Source: Eledone cirrhosa
Lineage: Eukaryota
Assembly (NCBI GenBank): GCA_964016885.1
Contig: OZ024756.1
Span: 20,336,001-20,400,000 of the forward strand
Direction: 5' to 3'
Length of the DNA stretch: 64,000 nt
In this document: piece by piece, positions 54,288-64,000 of the stretch
Position numbering within the stretch: position 1 is the stretch's first letter
Layout of the letters: each line of letters begins with the position of its first letter
Notes under the pieces: generated by a model
Seen by the model: only the letters and a program-made list of their open reading frames with translations
Database searches by the model: none
What the model was told of the DNA's origin: nothing
Position numbers and translations under genes: made by a program

Positions 54288-54649
54288 GAGGTTATATTTA
54301 ATTTGTTGGGATTCAACAATACTTTTTTCTTTCACTCTCCATCTCAATTATTTGTTCTTTCCTTCACTCTCTCTCAATATTATATCTTTTCTCTTTTTCT
54401 TCTATCTCTCTCTTTCTCCTTCTATTCTCTTTATCTATTATCTTTATCTCTCTCCCTCTCAATTTTTTGTCTCTCTCCCTTTTACATCTATTTTCTTCCA
54501 ACAGTTTAATTTAAATAAACCATTGTTTTTTTTCAATTTTTCCGACACTCATTTGCATACTCACTCACAAATTTGTATCAGCGAATTTCAACCATTGAGG
54601 TTGTCTTTTTTCCGGGTATGTCAATATTTATTTATAAAACAAATCTGTA

Positions 54650-54711
54650 TTTTATCTGATGAAAGCACACCATAATTTACCTTGGCCGCCCTTGAAATAT
54701 ATATAATAAAA
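54650..54711 (+). ncRNA. Minimal type I hammerhead ribozyme (family B)
   Basis: ttttat-CTGATGA-aagc...ccctt-GAAA-tatata-TA-ataaaa; stem II partly degenerate. Confidence 0.6.
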
Positions 54712-54961
54712 TAATTATGGTTTTATAAATATAGTTTCCATTTATTAATATATTGTATATATATATATATATATATACAATATATATACAATATATATAT
54801 ATATATACAATGTATATATATATATATATATCATCATTGTTTCGGAGGGTTAATCATATTGTCATATTGACTGATCTAAAGCAGTTATATAACTAAATAC
54901 TATCAGACATCATATATAGGTTCGATCAGACCGTCTTCTTCTGTATCTAAAGGATAGACTC

Positions 54962-55672
54962 GACACACAACACATACAAACACACAACACATACACATAC
55001 AAACACGCAACACAACACATACAAACACACCACACATACACATACAAACACACAACACTTACACATACAAACACACAACACAACACATACAAACACAACA
55101 CATACACATACAAACACACAACACAACACATACAAACACACCACACATACACATACAAACACACAACACTTACACATACAAACACACAACACAACACATA
55201 CAAACACACCAATCATACACATACAAACACACAACACTTACACATACAAACACACAACACAACACATACAAACACACCACACATACACATACAAACACAC
55301 AACACAACACATACAAACACACAACACATACACATACAAACACACAACACATACAAACACACAACACTTACACATACAAACACACAACACAACACATACA
55401 AACACACCACACATACACATACAAACACACCACACATACACATACAAACACACAACACAACACATACAAACACACAACACATACACATACAAACACACAA
55501 CACATACAAACACACAACACATACACATACAAACACAAAACATAACACATACAAACACACCACACATACACATACAAACACACAACACTTACACATACAA
55601 ACACAACACAACACATACAAACACAACACAACACATACAAACATACAACACAACACATACAAACATACACAC
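54962..55672. repeat. Compound CA-rich repeat (acacatacaaacacaca-like units)
   Basis: Visible directly. Confidence 0.9.
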
Positions 55673-55789
55673 ATCCTTGACAACAACCTACCATCCTAGA
55701 AAAGGATACACTGGGCAATGTGGTCTTGGTAACACTGGACAAAGAAAACTATGTAATACAGCTGGTATACCTTTGACTATAGTCTAGGG

Positions 55790-56823
55790 CAGGGGTGTGC
55801 AACAGGCAGCCCGTGGGCCACAATCTGGACCGCCAGACCAGTCAGAGTGGCCTGCGATGACCATTTTTAATTTGTATCTTGTAGACTTATTTAGAATATT
55901 TTTCGTAACCGTACTACAATTTTCTGTTAGTTGACCTATACTAAAGGGCTTCACTGATAGGGTTATGTGTGTTATAGTTTCCCAGTTGACCTATACTAAA
56001 GGGCTTCACTGATAGGGTTATGTGTGTTATAGTTTCCCAGTTGACCTATACTAAAGGGCTTCACTGATAGGGTTATGTGTGTTATAGTTTCCCAGTTGAC
56101 CTATAGTAAAGGGCTTCACTGATAGGGTTATGTGTGTTATAGTTTCCCAGTTGACCTATACTAAAGGGCTTCACTGATAGGGTTATGTGTGTTATAGTTT
56201 CCCAGTTGACCTATACTAAAGGGCTTCACTGATAGGGTTATGTGTGTTATAGTTTCCCAGTTGACCTATACTAAAGGGCTTCACTGATAGGGTTATGTGT
56301 GTTATAGTTTCCCAGTTGACCTATAGTAAAGGGCTTCACTGATAGGGTTATGTGTGTTATAGTTTCCCAGTTGACCTATACTAAAGGGCTTCACTGATAG
56401 GGTTATGTGTGTTATAGTTTCCCAGTTGACCTACACTAAAGGGCTTCACTGATAGGGTTATGTGTGTTATAATTTCCCAGTTGACCTATAGTAAAGGGCT
56501 TCACTGATAGGGTTGTGTGTGTTATAGTTTCCCAGTTGACCTATACTAAAGGGCTTCACTGATAGGGTTATATGTGTTATAATTTCCCAGTTGACCTATA
56601 CTAAAGGGCTTCACTGATAGGGTTATATGTGTTATAATTTCCCAGTTGACCTATAGTAAAGGGCTTCACTGATAGGGTTGTGTGTGTTATAGTTTCCCAG
56701 TTCCATGTTATGGAAAGAAGTTGTGGTGAATATTTGGAATAGTGCTTAATAAATATTAATGGCCCTAATAGTTGTTCCAATGTTCAAAAGTGGCCCACCA
56801 ATGGAATATGTTGCACACCTTTG
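55790..56823. mobile_element. Non-autonomous hAT transposon with an internal 55-bp tandem array
   Basis: TIRs CAGGGGTGTGCAAC / GTTGCACACCTTTG, TSD GTCTAGGG / GTCTAAGG (7 of 8 match). Confidence 0.85.
55929..56702. repeat. 55-bp minisatellite, about 14 copies
   Basis: Unit agttgacctatactaaagggcttcactgatagggttatgtgtgttatagtttccc, near-identical copies. Confidence 0.95.
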
Positions 56824-57537
56824 GTCTAAGGGTTGACCTGAGGTTAACCAACAACCACTGAACCCAACCATGCATCTGCCCTTGAAAAATGACTTAACTC
56901 TTTATGTCCTGTACCACATGAAACCGCATTATCAGTTCATTCTTGAAAAGAACAAAACAGCCCTATAACCTACATCACATTAAAAACTGAAATCTTTACT
57001 CTTATACTACAAATTGTTCCACAATGATCTGTCCACTACTAAAGTTAGTATAACCCTTTAGCATTTAAACCGGCCAAATCCGGCCAGAATTCTCTCACCT
57101 CTATCTGTTCAAAAGAGTGTGGGGTGGATCTCGTCAAATCAGACCAAGGAAACAATGTTTCCATTGGTCTTTCCATTGCTGATACTATCTACCAGTTGAA
57201 ACTCCTGGCAAAAATGAAAAATATAAAACAGCATCATGACTACATCACATTAAATTTGAGTCTTTAGTCTAATGCTACAAGGGTCTGAATTAACAATACT
57301 AAATCTTTACAGGAGGTTAAGAGATAATACTACAAATATTCACAACAATCTGTCCACTAATAAACATTTGAATTAACAAACCAATTTTCACTAGTTGGCA
57401 CGGAATGTTCTTTCGTGGCATCCCTGTGTGCCCCAGGGACTGTTCACCATGCCACTTAGGGAACTGATGATGTGCCATGTATGCTCATTCAAGCTGAGTA
57501 CCTAGCCTGTCTCAGTTCAAAGACTAACCTACATGGT

Positions 57538-57783
57538 GAAGAGCCACATCCTACATGAGGTGGCTCTGATATGGCTATCATCGGATAGTCTAGCAGAACA
57601 GGTCGAATCTAGAGGAGGAATAAACTTCGATAAACATCCTGCTTGTCTCACAGTAAGAGCCACATCTTCATAGGAAGAGCCACATCCTACATGAGGTTCC
57701 TCTGATATGGCTATCATAGGATAGTCTAGCAGAACAGGTCGGATCTAGAGCAGTAAGCTTCGATAATAATCCTGCTTGTCTCA
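57538..57783. repeat. Direct duplication of about 110-135 bp
   Basis: gaagagccacatcctacatgagg...cctgcttgtctca occurs twice. Confidence 0.85.
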
Positions 57784-58664
57784 TGCAACGATCATCAGTT
57801 TTATTAGATGACCTCAGTGCCGTGAACACCAGTAGCTTTGCAGATGATCGACTACTAATTCAACAATGGGTTGGCACAACTTCTCCAGTTAGTGGAGAAA
57901 TCTATGAGTATGCAGGTGTGATGAGCTACATATATTCTAGTCATTAGAAAAGATACTATAAACATTTGAATTAACAAACTAATTTTCAGCTATTTTCTAC
58001 TAAATCTTTACAGGATGTTAAGAGATAATATGCAAATATTCGCAACAATCTGTCCATTAGTAAAGATACTATAAACATTTGAATTAACAAAGCAATATTT
58101 GGATATTTTCTACTAAATCTTTACGCGAGGAGTGGGATAAGATTTAATATCTGTAGCAGGAAGTGGTTATTTAATGTGGTCCCATATGAAAATGAGATGT
58201 GAATTCCTATTGGGGTGATGTCCCATTTCTTTTTTTAGAGTGTGTGTGTATGTGAAAGAAGGGTTTGCAGAGAAAAAGGGTACAAAATTAGGGTTCGTAA
58301 GAGGTTCAGTTATTTATTTATTTATTTTGTGCATTTTAAACATTTTCCGAATAGTTGCAATGTTCCTTATGAAAGTCAATCATTATCGTATTTTTTCCCA
58401 TGGTCCCCCCACCCCCACCCTTCCGATAAAGATTTGGTGTTCTGTGGGGTGAGATAGGGGGGGGGGGTCACATGAAGGGGCCAGCTGGGAAATAACTGAT
58501 TTCCAAGGAGAGGCTGGAACAAAACAAACAATGCACAGCTAAAACTGTGTTTGTGTGTGTGTGTGTGTGAGAGTGTGTGTGTGTTTATGTGTGTAGGGAG
58601 AGAGAAGGGGGATAAGTTAATATATCAAATATCAAATAAGAATAATATAATAAAAAATATACCC

Positions 58665-60635
<1,971 letters not shown>

Positions 60636-61499
60636 ACCATCACTGCCAGTCCTGGGGTTGACATTTACCATAATTGGAACTATCAAGAAATTTGTCACCA
60701 AACTCAGGAGATAGAATATAGCAATTAGATAGGGGGCAGGGGGGGAAGTGTGGTGCCGAATGAGGGGGGGGGGACAGAACTGAAGTGAGGGGTAGGAGGG
60801 GTAGACAAAGTAGAAATGATGGTGGTGGGGGTAAGGTGCTGGGGGTTGGTGTGGTGGGGTGGAGAGGTTATATATATATTTATTTATATCTGTTTCCAAT
60901 GTTCTCTGATATATATATATATATATATATAAATATCATCATCATCATCACCATTTAATGTCCATTTTTCCACACTGGCATGGGTTAGACGAGTTGTCCT
61001 ATTGTGAGCAATGCTAGGTCAGGTGGCCATGTCATGTTCATACAGAGGCAATTTTTTTCTGAGGGGTCTCTTGATAAGCCGTATCAACCTCACAGTGATG
61101 ATGCATTTTTATAGTGCAGAAAACATTACACAAAGATCGGCGAAACTGCAGTTGGGACTTTGAAGAATAAATAGGTATATTTTTGTCTATTATTTCCTCA
61201 TATTTTGTAATTTGATATATATATATGACAAGTAAGTATGTTTTGAAACAGTGAGCAGGTTTGAAATTAGAAAATAGCATAGCTTTCACCATATTTTTGA
61301 CTAAAGAAATTTTAGCCTGATAATAGGGTTTAGAACCTTCAGATAAATGGAAAAAGATGTATATATCAGTGTTCACCTGGACTAGTAATAGCTAGTAACT
61401 TAGCTAAACAATTGTAAAACAATGAACTCTCTACCTACACCAGACTTCTGTTTTTATCCTTCAAACACACAAATATGTTTGTATATATCTATATATCTA

Positions 61500-61541
<42 letters not shown>

Positions 61542-61813
61542 AATGGTATTTAAATGTATTCTATTTTCTCCTAGTTTATTTTAAACCTAATTCTGTTTAG
61601 TTGACTGTATCTAGGCGATTACGCTGTCGAAATATTCGATAAATACTCCGCTACGGCCAACGCGAAGCGCTAGTTTTGGTTATTTGTCGGAGATTCCTTC
61701 ATAGAAGCCTCATTCGTATAGCCTGGTCTATTCGATTTTTTATATAGTTAATTATGCTAATTGGGACAGGAAATAGTATATATTTTATCTTGTGATTCTA
61801 TAGACATGTTTTA

Positions 61814-61867
<54 letters not shown>

Positions 61868-61985
61868 TAAAACATGTCTATAGAATCACAAGATAAAATA
61901 TATACTATTTCCTATATATATAGATATATATAGATATATAGATATATAGATATATACAAACATATTTGTGTGTTTGAAGGATAAA

Positions 61986-62058
<73 letters not shown>

Positions 62059-62219
62059 CAAGGTATCTGCAAGAGCTGCAACATTTTGGTGTTTTTACAT
62101 CCATAAAACCATGGCCATTTCTAGGGTATTTTAAAACCTGGTGGGGCCCATCTCCTCTCCAGCTCTAAAGGAGTATAAAGCATGAGAGAATGAAAGTGAG
62201 AAAGAGATGTAGAGGAAGA

Positions 62220-62378
62220 ATCGGCCCCAGTTCTTGACTGGTACTTCTTTTTATTGACCTTGAATGGATGAAAGGCAAAGATGACCTGGTTGGGATTTGA
62301 ACTCACAGAACAGAGATCTGAAATGAATTGAATACCAGGAAGCATTGGATCTGATGTTCTAACTGCTCTGCCAATTTG
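62220..62378 (-). mobile_element. Old Meta-like SINE
   Basis: gactggtact...ggatgaaaggcaaagatgacc...ggatttgaactca...ctctgccaatt. Confidence 0.65.
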
Positions 62379-62385
62379 CTACCTA

Positions 62386-62457
<72 letters not shown>

Positions 62458-62634
62458 GTATGTATATATTTAGACACATATTTGTAAATATATACATGTA
62501 AATATATATATATGTATACATGTAAATATAGATATATTTACACATATATATATATACATATACAAACATACATATGTAAATATATATATATATTTATAGA
62601 TATATACATATACAAACATACATATACAAACACA

Positions 62635-62678
<44 letters not shown>

Positions 62679-62830
62679 TACATATACATACACACACAGA
62701 GCGTAAACCTTATCTTTACAAAATTACTTTCCATGAAAATACAGGAAACAGTTTTGTGCCAACTTTGAAAAGTTAATTTTTGTGGAAATGATTTTAACAC
62801 ATATTTATCTTAATAACTTTAATGCATGCA

Positions 62831-62924
<94 letters not shown>

Positions 62925-63258
62925 ATATGTAATCATCATCTAATGTTCACTTTCCATGCTGGCATGTAGCTATATATATATATATATAGATAGATAGATA
63001 GATACATACACACATACATACATATATATATAGCTAGATAGATAGATAGATAGATACACACACACATACATATATATATATATTTACATACATGTGTGTA
63101 TATATACATATATATTTATATATATATATACATGTTTGTGCTTGTGAGTATGTGTATATATATATATACATATATACATACACACACATATATTTATATA
63201 TATATACACATGCGTGTGTGTATGTGAGTATGTGTGTATACATAGATACACACATGCA

Positions 63259-63303
<45 letters not shown>

Positions 63304-63591
63304 CATCATCATCATCATTTAACGTCTACATGTATGTGTATATATATGTGTGTGTGTGTGTGTGTGTTAGTGACATTGTGAGTATGTATGTATATAAATA
63401 TAGTCAGATTATAGTTGAGTATCATATTTGGTGTATATGATACTTTGGTAAAAGAACTGTCATATAGAACTCTTGTGGCGTCAAATGTGGTTTAACTTTA
63501 TATTTTATATCGCTAAGTATGACAATTACTTCCAACTTTCACCTAATTATTTTGCTTTCTCTATTTATTTTTGGTTATTTTGGGTGCCACA

Positions 63592-63900
63592 TTAACCCTT
63601 AGTTACCATATTTCTGATGAAAGTCACTGCCTGTGTCTTTAACCCTTTCATTACCATATTTCTAATGAAAGACACTGTCTATGTCATTAACCCTTTCATT
63701 ACCATATTTCTAATGAAAGACACTGTCTATGTCATTAACCCTTTCATTACCATATTTCTGATGAAAGACACTGTCTATGTCTTTAACCCTTTCATTACCA
63801 TATTTCTAATGAAAGACACTGTCTATGTCATTAACACTTTCAATACCATATTTCTAATGAAAGACACTGTCTATGTCATTAACACTTTCAATACCATATT
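63592..63900. repeat. 48-bp minisatellite, about 6.5 copies
   Basis: Unit ttaaccctttcattaccatatttctaatgaaagacactgtctatgtca. Confidence 0.95.
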
Positions 63901-64000
63901 CCTTATAGAAGACAATACTGCCAATGATTTTCAAATAATTTTTAAAATAATCATTGGAATAGTCATGTTGCTAATAAAAAAACACACGCACCTGTTAATT

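Noticed and set aside
57415-57850. CR1-like RT relic (VPQG-like and SFADD words)
   Set aside because: Only two short motifs with no continuous frame between them; too weak to call.
63612-63790. CTGATGA in the 48-bp array as tandem hammerheads
   Set aside because: Most units read CTAATGA, and no correctly placed GAAA, stem III and UH follow the putative stem II.

Overview
AT-rich, microsatellite-saturated eukaryotic DNA. The SINE/RTE repertoire and repeat load resemble an octopus or other coleoid cephalopod genome (inference). Almost all ORFs in the track are translations of simple repeats. One convincing protein-coding sequence is present: an intronless 391-aa ORF (31482-32657, +) that reads as two divergent ATG101-like HORMA domains in tandem. 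The dominant hidden structure is a set of short elements, often fold-back (inverted-repeat), embedded in (TA)n tracts. They fall into about eight sequence families, and most carry a type I hammerhead ribozyme (CUGANGA...GAAA...UH, often with a palindromic stem III). One family is physically linked to a 5'-truncated Penelope-like element with a GIY-YIG C-terminus (12467-14383), and its ribozyme has a U3-A8 compensatory core. Also present: many tRNA-derived Meta-domain SINEs (some in head-to-tail arrays), CORE-like SINEs, three hAT MITEs with 8-bp TSDs (two carrying minisatellites), RTE, Tx1-like and CRE-like LINE fragments, and several minisatellites. All folds and alignments were done by eye, and coordinates of degenerate repeats are approximate.
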